Assembly (NCBI GenBank): GCA_963514005.1
Contig: OY740789.1
Span: forward strand, 62,310,001 to 62,374,000
Direction of reading: 5' to 3'
Origin: Raja brachyura
Lineage: Eukaryota
DNA length: 64,000 nucleotides
Shown here: piece by piece, positions 15,115 to 31,004 of the stretch
Layout: each line of letters begins with the position of its first letter
Numbering within the stretch: position 1 is the first letter of the stretch
Notes under the pieces: generated by a model
Database searches by the model: none
Seen by the model: only the letters and a program-made list of their open reading frames with translations
Told to the model about the DNA's origin: nothing
Program-made: the position numbers and the translations under genes

Positions 15115-15350
15115 AGGTGGCACAGTTGCACAGCAGTACTGCTGCCTTACAGTGCCAGAGAGCTGGGTTCGATCCTGACAACGTGTGCTGTCTGAACGGA
15201 GCTTCCACGTACTCCCTGTGACCCCGTGGGCTTCCTCTGGGTGCTCTGGATCTTCCTGCACTCCAAAGACGTGCAGGTTTGTAAGTTAATTGGCTTCTGT
15301 AAATTTTAAATGGTCCAGAGTGTGTACGATAGTGCAAGTTTATGGGGTGT
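15115..15350 (+). mobile_element. HE1-like V-SINE inserted into an old minus-strand Penelope 3' end (~14955-15880)
   Basis: ggtggcacag...gggttcgatcctgac tRNA-like head and V-domain; flanks show a pLTR and a decayed GIY-YIG tail on the minus strand. Confidence 0.75.
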
Positions 15351-16193
15351 ATTTCTACGCAGCATCTCCAAAGCTGGTAAAGGATCAATGGATTCAACTG
15401 AGATGGGGCTGATGGAATTGAGTGGGGAAGGAAAGAGTAGAAATAACGACAGAAGCTGGGAGGTGACAGGTACAGGGAACCTCGCGCGACAGATGATGGG
15501 ATCTGATAGGAAAGGAAGGTGAAGCTTGAAACCAACAGACAGGTGGACTGAAAAAATGGGAACAGTCGGAATAAGGGGACCTAGTGGTAGATGTGTGTGG
15601 ATGATGAACAGACGGAGTGGGTTGGATGGGGAAAAAAACTGGGTGATGAGGAGATGGGCAAGAGGGGGGTGGGTGTGAACAAAAGGTTGTGAGAGGACCA
15701 GGGTAGAAAAGAGAAAGAAAAAAGCGCACAGGGCACAGCAGGAGAGCAAGTTATCTGAAAGTGGAATGTTTGGTGTTCATGCCATCAGGTGGTACAATAC
15801 ACAGGTGGAATACGAGGTGCGTTTGTGTTTGGTCTCACTCTGGCAGTGAAGGAGGACAGACTGATTTTGCCCCAGCCTGCTGACTCCCAATAGATGATAG
15901 ACAATAGATGTAGGAGTAGGCCATTCGTCCCTTCGAGCCAGCACTGCCATTCACTGTGATCATGGCTGGTCATCCATAATCAGTACCCTGTTTTTTCAGC
16001 ACCTATTTATATTTGCTATCTCACCATACTCTTGGTCCAGGTGAAGGGTGTCAATCTGAAATGTCTGTCCTTTTCCCTTCACAGATGCTACCTGACCTGT
16101 TTGAATTCGTCCAACAGATTGTTTGTTGCGTCAGATTCCAGCATCTGCAGTCGCTTGTGACTCAATTAAATGTGCAGGCTTACTTCAAATTAA

Positions 16194-16481
<288 letters not shown>

Positions 16482-17094
16482 TAACTAAATGTTCACTTAA
16501 TGCCACACTTTGTGTTTTTTTACAAAGTAAACATTTAGGACATGGAAAACTCTTTTATTTTTATTTTGCCCCCATTTTTTAAAATGATATATAGTTCCAT
16601 TTTTGCTCTGGTTTATTTGCTCTTCCCTGTGTGAAACTTTAGACAGCAAGTGTCAGCAGTTTATTTATCCATGAAGGTCATCATAGTTCTCAAAAAATGT
16701 AGTGAACTGGTATCTACACTCGGGCATCTTCTATATCTAATGGAGAATGGAAACCCTGCCTGACTTGAATTTCAGCGTCCCAAGCCAAGAGACATTGACC
16801 ATGGACCATCTTTTGTTGGCCCAGAATTTCCCGAGTGAGGTTTTGATAACTCTTTTGCTGCCCTTGGTCCCTAACTCACCAACTTTTTACGATTAGAAGG
16901 ATGCTCTTGCTGGCCCAGTTAGTCCTAAAATTGGACAGCAAGGATCTGTAGGTTGTCAGATCCTCCAGTGCCATAATGGAATCACGTAGTTGCCTGAGAT
17001 CTAGCCATGCCTCCAATGTTGTCACCTATTAAAGTTGACTACAGTTAAATTCTATTAACATTGAGAAGCATTCAAGAAGTCTTTCATGTGATGG

Positions 17095-17460
17095 TGGGAC
17101 TGTCATATGAGGAAAGATTGAAAAGACTAGGCTTGTATTCACTGAAGTTTAGAAGGATGAGGGGAAATCTTATAGAAACATATAAAATTATAAAAGGACT
17201 GGACAAGCTAGATGGGTGAGTCCAGAACCAGGGGCCACAGTCTTAGAATAAAGGGGAGGTCATTTAAGACTGAGGTGAGAAAAAACATTTTTGCCCAGAC
17301 AGTTGTGAATTTATGAAATTCCCTGCCGCAGAGGGCAGTGGAGGCCAAATCGCTGGATGGATTTAAGAGAGAGTTGGATCGAGCTCTAGGGGCTAGTGGA
17401 GTCAAGGGATATGGGGGGAAGGCAGGCACGTGTTATTGATAGCGGACGATCAGCTATGAT
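17095..17460 (+). mobile_element. CR1 LINE 3' fragment
   Basis: gggactgtcatatgaggaaagattg...ccaggggccacagtcttagaataaagggg. Confidence 0.88.
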
Positions 17461-18999
17461 CCAGCATCAGATGTTCCTGATGTGTTCAAAATGTAATGTT
17501 TGTTCAAACCAGAAATTGCTATGCAATAAAATTAGAAAAAAATTAAGATCTGAAATTCATGGAAATCAATTACAAAGTACAGTTTCTGTTATTTGAATAG
17601 TTTTTTGTTATTAAATAAATTGGTTTTAATCTGATTAATATAAATGGTGGAAATAGATTTTCAGACCAACAAAGTGAGCATTCCTATTATGTGATTTTAA
17701 GTCTGCAATGTTGGATCTCACACTCTGCTGTAATTTAAAGCTTTGTTTCTGTTTTGAATCAACTTGACACCAACCACTGTTAAATAGTGTTTAATTGCTC
17801 GTTACAGGCATAACTAAATAATTGGGTGCATTATTGCTTACAAGCTGCAATTTAGAGGAGCACCCTTTGAATTAGAATCTTGTCCATTAGTGCTAGCTCA
17901 TGAATTCTCTGATTGAGATATGATTTTTTTCAGATCTTTAGTGTTTGTTGTACAATGAACAAGTTGAAATTCTTATGAATACTATAGCTGTAATTTGGAT
18001 ATTAAGTAATACAGTTTTAACCAATACTGGTTAGCACAAGTTCAGAAGGGTAGGAAAAAAATCATATGCACTCTGGACCATTGACAGATAGATATATATG
18101 TTAATATTTTTGGGCACCTTTATTTTGCAATTTGAATCATTTAGTTTCCATGTAAGCATCTTTCAGATTACATACTCCCTGTTTTTCATAGTTGAACCAT
18201 GCAGTCAGTCTCATCTAGATGCTGCATACAGAAGACTGATATCAACAACAGATCAGCTTGAACAGCCTAAAAAAAAAAGTGACTTTAACACTAAGCCTTG
18301 AAGGTAGATCAATTATTTCAAGCAGAGGATCCTGTCAATTGAAAGATCAGTAGGTGGCACCAGAATGATACATCTTGCCTGTTGGCTTCCATCATAAAAG
18401 CATTTTTCATTTACATGTGCGAACAAGCTGCCTGCTCTTCAGGCTTTCGGGAACAGTATGGAAAGAAAAGGCAACCCAGTTTACTTTCCTACCTTCACCC
18501 GAATAAACAAGATAAAGTGAAATGTTGCTTGAACTTTCACTTTATTTGATGACATTTCCAATTGGGTGTTATGTCCAGAATCTGATCGAAGCAGTCTTAT
18601 GAGTCCAGTCTGTAATTTTTAAATTGAAGTTTTACAGCAGAGTAAGAAAGGAAATAAAGAACTATGTCACGTTCATTATTTTATTTGGCAAATCAAGGTT
18701 AGTGTTGCTGCTTTGCAGTTTCACAAGAAATTTAATTGAATCCTGGAGTCAAATCTTCAAAAATATAGGTAACATTTCCTGAATAAGTTGAAACTTGGCT
18801 CTATTGATATAGCAAGAAATCAGTAAGGCAAGAATAAATCTAGAGGTGCTGTGGCACTTGGCTGTATATTTTCTGTTGTATTTACATTATGTAACAAGTT
18901 ACATAATTCGGTGTGAAGTTCCGAAGTGAAGCAGATCAGTTCTACTTTCTAACTCTGCTTAATTTAACTTTCCATAACATGCTGGAATAATAATTCTGA

Positions 19000-19194
<195 letters not shown>

Positions 19195-19253
19195 TGATAA
19201 AATACCAATAAATCATGAAACAAATTACAATTTTCTTCATTTCATTTTTTTAG

Positions 19254-19286
19254 AGTGTCCAACCTGACTCTTCCTCTCCAAGACAT
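19254..19286 (+). CDS. PCNX1: PCNX1 33-nt exon: SVQPDSSSPRH
   Basis: tttag| ... |gtaagt after an 89-nt intron; hallmark pecanex motif KSVQPD.SSP.HGHN. Confidence 0.95.
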
Positions 19287-19489
19287 GTAAGTTTAACTAA
19301 TTGTTTTTTTTTGACAAGTTTTTCTCGGTTACTAACAAGCACTGATTTAGTATGATGCATTTGATTGAGGAAACAATACAGGTAGTTCTGCTATTACACG
19401 ATAGTCACAAATAAACCTCATTCAATAGAAATTTGCGTTGTAAAGACAATTGGGTCAATGGGGAGAAGAGGTTAGGGGATAAAGAATAA

Positions 19490-19667
19490 AGCCCCTGTCT
19501 CACTTGCGTGTCCTTGGCTTGCTAATGACGCGACCTCGTGGTCATGTTGAGGCGCGACGGTCCCGCGAAGGTCGCGCGCGTCTTCATGCGTCCGCACAGC
19601 TGTCTTGAGCGCGTGATGTCAGGTCGCGTAATTTGCGTGCCAAGAACACGTAAGTGGGACAGACCCT
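19490..19667. mobile_element. PIF/Harbinger-type MITE (~180 bp)
   Basis: ~50-bp imperfect TIRs (agcccctgtctcacttgcgtgtccttggc / gccaagaacacgtaagtgggacagaccct) flanked by TAA and TTA. Confidence 0.8.
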
Positions 19668-19995
19668 TTACATTCTCACGATAGCACAGTTATTTTTCCT
19701 GCAGCATTTTCAAAAGCAACGGACTTTTCAATAGCACTAAGTTTTATTTGCTTTTTACAAGCTTAAAATACTAAAGGCTGTATGTTAAATTGTTCTATAA
19801 TTTTGGTGCACAAGTAACAATAGAAGCAATCAATTGTCAATTTCATTGACTGCCTGTAATTAAAATACTGGATGTGTTTTTAAGAAATGATGGTGTTTGA
19901 TTACCGCGGAGAGGTTATATGAAAATAGGTTTTCTTCCCCCAATATTGATTAAATACAAGGAGCTTTTTGTTGCTGCATGTCAATTTCCAAAGTA

Positions 19996-21130
19996 CATAG
20001 AAACATAGAAAATATGTGCAGGAGTAGACCATTGGGCATTTCGAGCCTGCACCGCCATTCAATGTGATCATGGCTGATCATTCAACTCAGTATCCCATAC
20101 CTGCCTTCTCTCCTGATCCCCTTAGCCACAACTCCCTCTTAAATATAGCCAATGAACTGGCCTCAACTACTTTCTGCAGCAGAGAATTCCAGAGGTTCAC
20201 CACTCTCTGTGTGAAAAATGTTTTTCTCATCTCGGTCCTAAAAGGCTTCCCCCTTATCCTTAAACTGTGACCTCTTGTTCTGGACTTCCCCAACATTGGG
20301 AACAATCTTCCTGCATCTAGCCTGTCCAACCGCTTAAGAATTTTGTAAGTCTCTATAAGATCCCCCCCTTAATCTTCTAAATTCTAGCGAGTACATGCCG
20401 AGTCTATCCAATCTTTCTTCATATGAAAGTCCTGACATCCCAGGAATCAGTCTGGTGAACCTTCTATGTTCTTCTTCTATGGCAAGAATGTCTTTTCTTA
20501 GATTAGGAGATCAAAACGGTACGCAATACTCCAGGTGTGGTCTCACCAAGACCCTGTACAACTGCTGTAGAACCTCCCTGCTCCTATACTCAAATCATTT
20601 TGCTATGAATGTTAACATATCATTCGCTTTCTTCACTGCCTGCTTCACCTGCATGCCTACTTTCAATGACTGGTGTACCATGACACCCAGGTCTCGTTGC
20701 ATCTCCCCTTTTCCTTATCGGCCACCATTCAAATAATAGTCTACTTTCCTGTTTTTGCCACCAAAGTGGATAACCTCACATTTATCCACATTATATTGCA
20801 TCTGCCATGCATTTGCCCACTAACCCAACCTATCCAAGTCATCTTGCAGCCTCCTAGCATCCTCCTCACAGCTAACACTGCCGCCCAGCTTCGTGTCATC
20901 CGCAAACTTGGAGATGTTGCATTCAATTCCCTCGTCCAAATCATTAATATATATTGTAAATAGCTAGGGTCCCAGCACTGAGCCTTGCGGTACCCCACTA
21001 GCCACTGCCTGCCATTCTGAAAATGACCCGTTTACTCCTACTCTTTGCTTCCTGTCTGCCAGCCAGTTCTCTATCCACATCAATACTGAACCCCCAATAC
21101 CGTGTGCTTTAAGTTTGCATACTAGTCTCT
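19996..21130 (-). mobile_element. CR1 LINE 3' ~1.1 kb (RT C-terminus and tail)
   Basis: SGVPQGSVLGP...SKFADD region and RTRGHSLRIRGKPFRTEMRK on the minus strand; (catagaaa)n tail. Confidence 0.93.
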
Positions 21131-22109
21131 ACCTTTTAGATGCTCAGTGTTGCACAAAAGAAATAAAAGTATAAATAATTTGCACCCACCAATTAACTCA
21201 TTCAATCAAAACACAATGTTGGAGCAACTCAGTGGGTCAGGCAGTGTCTGTGGAGGGAATAGAAAGATGATGTTTTGTGTTGGACCTCTTCTTCATTGTG
21301 GTTGTTCCTTGGCATTCTGAACATTGTGGTTTAAATATTATTACTTTAGAACAGATCATGCCATAGTGAGCTAATTATAAATTAAATAATTAAAGCAGCA
21401 TATTATTTATTTTTAATCACAAAATTAGAAAAAAATGATTAATGTTCTGATTAAAAAATAGAATATGCTCTAGAATATTTTAAATATTATTTTAGAACAG
21501 AACTCTTTATTTTCATCACCATTACATGACTTAATTTAATTCTGTACTTTTAAGACGTTGTGCGGCATGCAAGAAATCAATGTTGTAAGAATATTTCTAA
21601 CCCTGTGAACAATGTAACATTTTAGTTACTCACAAAACAGCCATATTTTAATCACTTTTTCCATCACTTTCCCTTCAAAATTTGCTTTTTAATGGCTGGC
21701 ATTCAAACTACATTCTTCTATGTTCTGCTATGACCTTGTATACAGCCTGACTTATGTACCTGAAATCGTTCATCATAAGTGTCACTACCAGCTTCCTACC
21801 TTCTGGATCAAACTAGGGTGTTCCTTATGATCTGTACAGATCTCATAGTTTGTTGTTCATCACTGCATGAGGGAGTAATTCAAACCTCTAACTTAGAGAG
21901 AGAAGTTTGGCCACTCGCAACCAAGAGCAACAGACAGAATAGACAAGAGCACTGGCCTGCATGGCAAACTTTCCCAACGTGCAGCCATTCATGGACTGTA
22001 CTCGTGCATTGCAACCTCTTACTGGACTGCCTTGAGCTACTTTTCAACCCCTCTCTCTGTTATTGAAGCTTCCATTCATTCAGTAACAATACTCTTCCTT
22101 GGGTAGAAG

Positions 22110-22765
22110 GGTGGTGTTAGTTTTTATTTTAAATGTGTGTTTTTAGTGTTCTTTAGCTTGTTTATGTGAGGGGTAGGGGAGGGTTTGGGGAAACTTTCTC
22201 TAATCTCTTACCTCGACGGAGATATGATTTTTTTTTTTCCGTATCGTATCTCCGTCCGCACTGCGGCCTAACATCGAGGAGTTGACGGCCTTTGCTGGAG
22301 ACTGATTTTGAGAGCTCTACCACCAGAGCCCTCGATCCCTTTGCCAGAGATCGACCTCGGAGCTCCATCCGTGGGTGCTTGCAGACTTTAACATCACGGA
22401 GCCTGCGGTCTCTGGTCAGAAACCGACATTGGGAACTCCAAGCTGCAGGAGTTTCAACCGCCCCCATGCCGGAGTTTCGATCACCCCGATGCGGGAGCTT
22501 TGACTGCCGACTGCGGGAGCTTTGATCGCCCCGACGGATGGTTCGACTGCCCCAACCACGTGAGAAATAGAGGAAGAAGATTGGACTTTTTTGCCTTCCT
22601 TCACAGTGAGGAATGTGGGGAATCCGCTGTGGTGGATGTTTATGTTAACTTTTATGTATTTGTATGTATTGTTTTTTTTGCTTTTTTTCGTATGGCTGTT
22701 TGGTAATTTGCATATCACTGTACCTTGATTGGTACATATGACAATAAAAGGCAATTGAAACCTTT
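22110..22765 (+). mobile_element. GC-rich non-autonomous retroelement with Rex1-like 3' end
   Basis: Shares blocks with 44135-44880 and ends in ...atgacaataaa like Rex1 tails in this window. Confidence 0.6.
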
Positions 22766-23717
22766 AACCTACATTCATCACGCAAACCATACTGCCGATT
22801 AAATGTCGTAACAGGTTATCTATTGCATGGCTTTTTGTGCCAAATTGATTCCTACTTTTCTGATATTAAAGTAATTATAACAAGTGACATAATTATAAAG
22901 TATCTTTATGTATTGTGAGAATGTGAAAGATATTATGAAAATGCCTGTTTCTGTTTCTCTTTATAAATTATTCGACAAAGAAAGCAAAAGTACAAGGTTC
23001 ATATGTACATGTGAAGAGTTGAGAACATTCTAATTATGCCTACATTTATACCCACATAAGTACCTGAACATAAATATAAATGAAGGTAAACTTTTTAGGA
23101 ATACAATTTAATTAAGAAACTGAAATGCAATTGCACACCACACTGGAGGTATTCCTTATGTTCCGGGCCCAGTTAAAACTTATGCAATAGCCCAATGTCT
23201 TAAGGGTTCAGGTTCAAACTTCTATACAGGTATTCTGTTTCTGTATTGACACATTATTTCTGAAAACCATTTAAATATTCTGTCCAATCATTGAGTTATT
23301 TTTACAGTGGTAGCTGGTTCCATCTATCAAGCATAAATGTTGAAATCCTTGGCATTGGGCTTTGATCTGCGTGAATGCTTAAATGTTGTCAATGTTTCCA
23401 GCAAGTCATGTGACAGAAAAGATGAAACCCATAGCTTTTAGTTGGTCAACACATTGTTGATCTCTTGGTTCCCACAAACAACTGCACAGAAAGTTGTTTT
23501 ATCACTTTGTACCAAACTCGGAATCGTGCAGAGGTAAGTCTTAGGATTTCTGATGTAGGACTAAAAATGTAATTGGAAAGCACTGTTGAGGTTGGAACAG
23601 GTTAAACAGTTTTGCTTTGCATCTAAACCAGGTGTACCAAATGCTTGGGTAGTTAAATTGCAATTTGCTATGTTACACATGACTTAAGATTTATTTCCCA
23701 ATCTTGTGCTGATTGTA

Positions 23718-24984
23718 CCTGTCCCGCTGAGTTACTCCAGCATTTTGTGTCTACCTTCGATTTAATCCAGCATCTGCAGTTCTTTCCTACCCATGCAGAA
23801 CTCACTTACTTCATCAACTTCATGACTAATTTTCATCCTGCATTCAAATTCACTTGGACCATCTCTGACATCTCCCTACCGTTTCTGGATCTCACTGTCT
23901 CCATCACAGGAGACAAACTATTGACCGACATCTACTACAAACCTACTGACTCCCATAGCTATCTAGACTACACTTCTTCCCACCCTGCTTCATGTAAAGA
24001 CTCTATCCTCTACTCCCAATTCCTCCGTTTATGCTGCATGTGCCCAGGATGAGGTTTTCCATACTAGATCATCTGAGATGTCCTCATTCTTTAGGAATCG
24101 GGGTTCCCCTCTTCCATTATAGATGAGGCTCTCACTAGGGTCTCCGCGATATTCCGCAGCTCTGCTCTTACTCCCCCTCCCCCTTATTCGCAACAAGGAC
24201 AGAGTCCCCCTTCTCTTCACCTTCCACTCCATCAGCCGTTGCATACAGCATATAATCCTTCACCACTTTTGACACCTCCAACAGGATCACACTACTAGCC
24301 ACATCTTCCCATCTCCACCCCTTTCTGCTTTCCGCAGAGACAGTTCCCTCCGTAACTTCCTGGTTAACTTGTCCCTTCCCACCCAAATCGCCCCCTCCCC
24401 AAGTACTTTCAGGAGATGCCATACCTGTCGTTTTACTCTCTCTCCCCCCCCCCCCCCCCTTGACTACATCCAAGGACCCCGTCAATCTTTTCAGATGAGG
24501 CAGAGGTTCACTTGCACCTCCTCCAACCTCATCTGCTGTTCCAGGTGTCAACTTCAGCGAGATCAAGCGCAGGCTTGGCGATCATTTAGCTGAACACCTC
24601 CGCTCAATCCGCCTTAACCTACCTGATCTCCCGTTGCTCAGCTCTTTAACTCCTGTTCCCATTCCCAATCGGACCTTTCTGTCTCCTCCATTTTCAAAGT
24701 GAGGCCCAGCGCAAATTGGAGGGACAGCACCTCATATTTCGCTTGGGTAGCTTACACCCCAGCAGTATGAACATTGGCTTCTCTAACTTCAAATAGCCTT
24801 TGCTTTCCCTCTCTCTCCATCCCCTCCCCATCCCAGTTCTCCCTGTCTCCGGCTAAATTCCATCTCTGTCCTGCCCACTCCCTTGACATCAGTCTGAAGA
24901 AGGGTCCCGACCCGAAAGATCACCCATCCCTTCTCTCCTGAGATGCTGCCTGTCCCGCTGAGTTACTCCAGCATTTTGTGTCTA
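23718..24984 (+). mobile_element. Penelope-like retroelement, 5'-truncated and degenerate (RT thumb + GIY-YIG), with pLTR direct repeats
   Basis: YYKPTDSHSYLDYTSSHP...SQFLRL; cctgtcccgctgagttactccagcattttgtgtcta repeated at both ends; hammerhead-like core 24894-24921. Confidence 0.9.
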
Positions 24985-25978
24985 ACTCCAAAGAACAAGG
25001 TAATGGGTACATGTTTTCTGAAGATCACCAACTTTGTGTATTTTGAACTAGTCTGGCAGCTGCCCCTGTCGCATAGGGAACCAACGTTTCTAAACCAACG
25101 GCCTATTTTATCGCATTCACGCTCATTTTACCAACCCCCCAATTTTACCCAGTATTTCATTAGAGCATACCAATGCCTCAGTCGACGTCTGAGAATGTCC
25201 GCATCATCCATGCCTGCTATCTGGCATGGTTGCTAGCTGGGATTGAACACTGTCTGTTATTTCCATCGGTCTGTCCCCAAAACAACAGCAGCAATAGAAA
25301 TATTGTCACCAGACCAGATGTTCATGAGCAATTTAGTAGTTCATATCATTTAACAATAGGTCATAATATTTTCATATTATTCACAGTGACACTTTGCAAC
25401 AAGGGTCCATCTTTTGCTGTTATTATTGCAAATTATTGATGCTCTTGTGTATACATTTATGCGCCTCTCTGGCTGTAGCTCTTTAGTTTCCCTTTTGTTT
25501 TCCAAGCATACAAAAGCCCAGAATTTGGAAACATTTCTCTATCAAATATATACCATGCTAATTACTATGTCCTTGCACACATGAATGATTCATGCATTTA
25601 GAACACTGAGCACCTATAGCCATCTGTAGATTATGCTCATGTCTGGAAGCCCTCGTGCACGTTAAGTACCCTGCATGTTAAGCAACATCTGAGGGAGAAG
25701 CAAAACAAAACCGAAGCAAGATCTTTCATCTGTAACATTAACTCTTTTTGTCAAACTAATATTACTAGTACTTTGAGATTTTATTTCAACTTTCCATAAT
25801 CTACAGTATTTTGCTATTGTGCATTTTCTTGTGTTGGGCACAGTGTGATTACAACCAGATGATACAGTTAAAGTCATATTGGCTTTGCATTCTGTGGGCA
25901 GAGTGATGTTTAAGAACAGTACTGCAGAATAACCTTTGTCTTCAGTTAAATGACATTCAATATTTTGCTTTCTTGTAG

Positions 25979-26248
<270 letters not shown>

Positions 26249-29200
26249 TAAAGATTCAATTAATTGATCTACAAACTGGTTCTTTCAACTCAATCAAAAA
26301 TATGCATTTTGTTTATATTTTGTGAATTAATCCGATTGGCAACACGTTCACCAGTATGAAATGGTGCACACTCAATTTTTATATAGTTTATTTTCAGAAA
26401 TTTTAAAGATTTATGGCGAACAAAAATAACTTGCATAAAATACGCTCCTCTTTAAAACTTGGAATTATATTGTTCCCAAAGGGGACATTATAAAACTGAA
26501 TATTGATCTATGAAAGCTTAAATGATTGTTTATCTCTAGCCTGTAAGCATCTGTATGCCTCGCACACGGTAGATGAAAAATATTATAATATACTTTGTTA
26601 CAGTGAGAGAACAGCTCAATGTCAAGTTTTGAAGCAGGCGCATTTATTTAGTATGATTGAATAATTTTGCTAATAATTCATTTGGCAGAAAAGGTTGGAT
26701 TTTTAATTAGGCCTGTGTAGAAATGCATATTTCCACGTCATAAGCCGTTTTAATATTGACACAAATTGCATAATGCACTCCATCAATGAATAGATGGCAT
26801 GCATAGAATGGCCTCATATATGATATATCAATTAAAATGTTCCAGTTTAATCTTATTACTTTTATTATGGTATTTCTGAGGGTTTGTGTTCCTAAAGAAT
26901 TGTCCATACCACAATATTCCATAACGCAAACAACCCTTGCCCATGAATCCCATGTTAGAAGTGAATGTATTCCACTGGGATGTTTTCTATCATGTTAAAA
27001 CATTTTATTTGCATTATCAACATGACCCACCACAGTTCTTTAAAAACTGAGGCCATCATTAGACTTGGGAATGGATGAGACTCCTGGATGAGGAAAGGGT
27101 TAGTAAGTGGGTATATTGCATAAAGGATGGAATTGGAAGACTCGAGTTCATGGGTGAAAGGTGCTGTACAAGGAGTTCAAGGGGTGTGGGGGGGGGGGGG
27201 GGGGGGTTAGGGCTAGTGGGTTAAAATGCCTTGATTTAGTAAAAGTGGAGTAAAGACTGAGGGATTAGATGATGGAGCCAATGTAAAAGCTGGCTGTGGC
27301 AGCCCTTCACAAATATGTCAGCAATAATGTCTCAGATAAAATGTTGGGGCAATGCTGCACAATGCTGTCTGTTCACACACACATACACACACACACATAT
27401 TATATGTATATAAGATATAAAATTATTTATCTATTTATGATCAGATATCTACACCTTCCAAGTCCTCCCAGCTCTGTGTCTTTTATTTTAATGTAAAATT
27501 GTTTGTGATGAGTTTCAGGAGCTATTATCTTGAGCAACTCAGTTTATGTAGAATACACTGGAGCACAGGGAGACTGATGCTACTCACTAGGAACAGGCAG
27601 TCAATGTAAAATGCCCCCTAACTGAGGAGGTAATATCTGAGTAAAATTTAAAGTAATGGATGAAATTCAAATATTCATCATAAATGCAGAAGATAGACTT
27701 GCATTACCAACTTGGTTATTTGACTTTTTTTTGTCAGTATAGAATTGAATAGTAACCAGATGTTATGTTTGAAATGGATCATTTGTTTAGCTACAGCTTA
27801 ATTCCCTATATATTCTAATAAGAAACCTGCTGGTTTACAGGAACAATATAGACTGAGGTTGCCGCTTTGTAGCCACGGTTCTTAGTCACCATTACAGGAA
27901 TAGGAAATGTAAGTACTTTAGACAAAAGCTGTAGTGAGTAAATCCAGTATTGTAACATTCCTTAATAGATACTGTTTAGGAATGTTTTTTAATGTATGTA
28001 AACCTTGGAGGTTTATTGACATTATTAAATAGATTTTCTTTCGTGCTGAACTGAACCCTGTTAATAAGGCGCAAAACGTTGGGTCTTTCATTATCTTATA
28101 TTATGAGATTTGATTTGTTGCTCCTGAGTTAAAATAAACTGAAATTGATTTTTTTTTTCCTAAGGCAGGTTAGAAGTCAGTAATTGTCTTTTGAAAGGTT
28201 CAAATCATTGTAAACATGAAGTTAAAGGTATTTACCATAGCCGAGTTGCAATTCAACAATTCATCCATAAGCGTCCTTTTTCCTGGATCACAATGACTAT
28301 GAAGAAAGAAAAATTGAGTCAGAAATTTAGGGTAATGTGTTGAAATTGCTGGTGGTACCAAATTAAAGTGATCGGGGGAAATAGAGGGGGAAGGTGTAGT
28401 TATGTAACCATGAATCTTGGCAATACTGCAGAAGGACTTCGATAAAACTAGCAGTATGAGAGAAATAAAAAATCAAACCTGCACGAGCTCAATGGGTCAG
28501 GCAGCATATGTGGAGGTAAATGGATAGATGCGATATATGGTTGGGACCTTTCACCCTGGTATGTCAGAATGGGTTGCGGAAGTAGTTCAATAAATAAAAT
28601 ATGAGAGGAAATGAGGGGAAAAAGTGTACATTAGATGGTCATTTTTTAAAGATGGGTAAATTTGGAGAGAGACCTCCCACTACTGTTTCTAGTAGTGGGA
28701 GAGTCTAAGAACGGAGGGCACAGCTTCAGAATAAAAGGGTGAACATTTAGAATGGAGATAAGGAGGGATTTCCTTAAGGAGTGAATCTGTGGAATTTATT
28801 GCCAAAGATGACTGGAGGGCAAATCATTGAGTATTTTTTAAGCTGTGATTCATAGCTCCTTGAGTAGTAAGGCCAACAAAGGTTATGGGGAGAAGACCTG
28901 ATTTTACAATGTTGATAGTAAAAAGTAGAGTCATTACATCATAAGAAGGCATAAAATCTTTGATTTTCTATTGATAAACATTAAGGATAAAAGTACGGAA
29001 ATAGTGTTTCCCTCCAAATTATTACCGTGCTGTTGGCGTGACATTTTGTGGCAGGTGCTCCAAAATGGGAAAGGTGGCAGTACTGCATGAATCATCTCCA
29101 GCATGGATATTCGGTTTGAAGAAAGGTTCGAATTTTAGCATTTTTAACTGACGAAGAGAAGCTAAGGATGACTCATTTTTTAATAAGTTTCCGTTTTATG

Positions 29201-29809
29201 AAGGATGGAAGCCAACATTGTGACCACAGTGAGAAGAAATCTGGTGTGTGCAAGATGATAGCAAAATGGTACAAATATAGGACTAGAAAATTTTTGTTTT
29301 ATATCGTGACTGATTGAACAATGACTTCTCGACAACAAATATTATTGAATTAGAGATTAATTTATTCTATTAAAGGAATTAAATGATTGTTTAAAAAACA
29401 TATATTGCAAGCAATATTGAAAGGAAGAAATGCGATGAATAGAATTGGAGAAGAATAGCAGCATAGATTCAAGAAGTGAAATGAAATAGATCCAGTGTCA
29501 GTAATTGTTCCAGTAAAATGTGACTCCTTTATGATCAAAATGACTTAATCTGGGTAGTATTACAATTATTAGTGACACTATTGGTATCTGATACCATTGT
29601 GCCAAAGATGAATCTATGTATGCTATTTGAACCAAAGCCCAAAAAGTTTACCGACACTGGTTAACCAGCTGCAAGAACTGAAATTATTTGTTTTCCCCCT
29701 GGTTACTTTGTGGTATATGGAATGCTTTGCACTCTGTCCATGGTTGGCTAATATCTATAATCAATTTCAGTTATGTGTTACTGACACGTACGTTTATCTG
29801 TGTTACTGA

Positions 29810-30088
<279 letters not shown>

Positions 30089-30767
30089 TAAATTGGCAAA
30101 ACCCATTGCAATTATTTTGAATTCTATATTGGTGTCAGCTCTCTCTTCAGTCCCCTGTTCCCCATGTAGTCATGCTGAGAACCCAAATGGAACACTCATC
30201 CCCTGGTTATAAAACATATTTCCATCAATCACTTATCTCACCTATTCTTAACTATAGAGAGGATCTTTTCTTTAATCATTAATTCAGGTAGGGAATGCCA
30301 AAGTGTCTGTATCCTCTTTGTCACATTGTTCTTTCTGCTCCGTGTCCTGAATTTCCTCATTGTATTTTATATGTCCCTCTGCTGTGTCCTATTTCATGAT
30401 TTTAAATTTCTCTATTGACATAAACACCGGTGGTCCTCCAGCTTAACAAAAGCAAGAGGATGGGCACCTAATTTAAGTATTTTTGGAAGAACTCCCTTCT
30501 TTGAGTAATGCATTGGGATCTTTTTCAATTACCTGAACAGGAAAAATTTGTTTTGGTTAATATTGGGTACTTTTTTTGCAACTTTTGCATTTCTGTACTG
30601 ATGTATTGCCCTAGCTTCATGTATTCCTTGGGCTTCATTTGAACACCACAGTGAATGAGATTATTGTCTAAATGCTGCTAAGGTGAAAGGAAATGGCACA
30701 ATTTTTGTAGTGGGAGGAGGTAGTAATTTGACAATACATTAAATATAGTGTAATAAGTATTCTGTAA

Positions 30768-31004
<237 letters not shown>

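Noticed and set aside
14939-15749. 198 aa and 147 aa minus-strand ORFs
   Set aside because: They run through a SINE and the low-complexity 3' UTR of an old Penelope element.
23442-23539. Strong donor GAG|GTAAGT at 23533 suggesting a cryptic or poison exon
   Set aside because: Weak acceptor; the flanking exons already join in frame (PRH|GHN); no support without RNA-seq.
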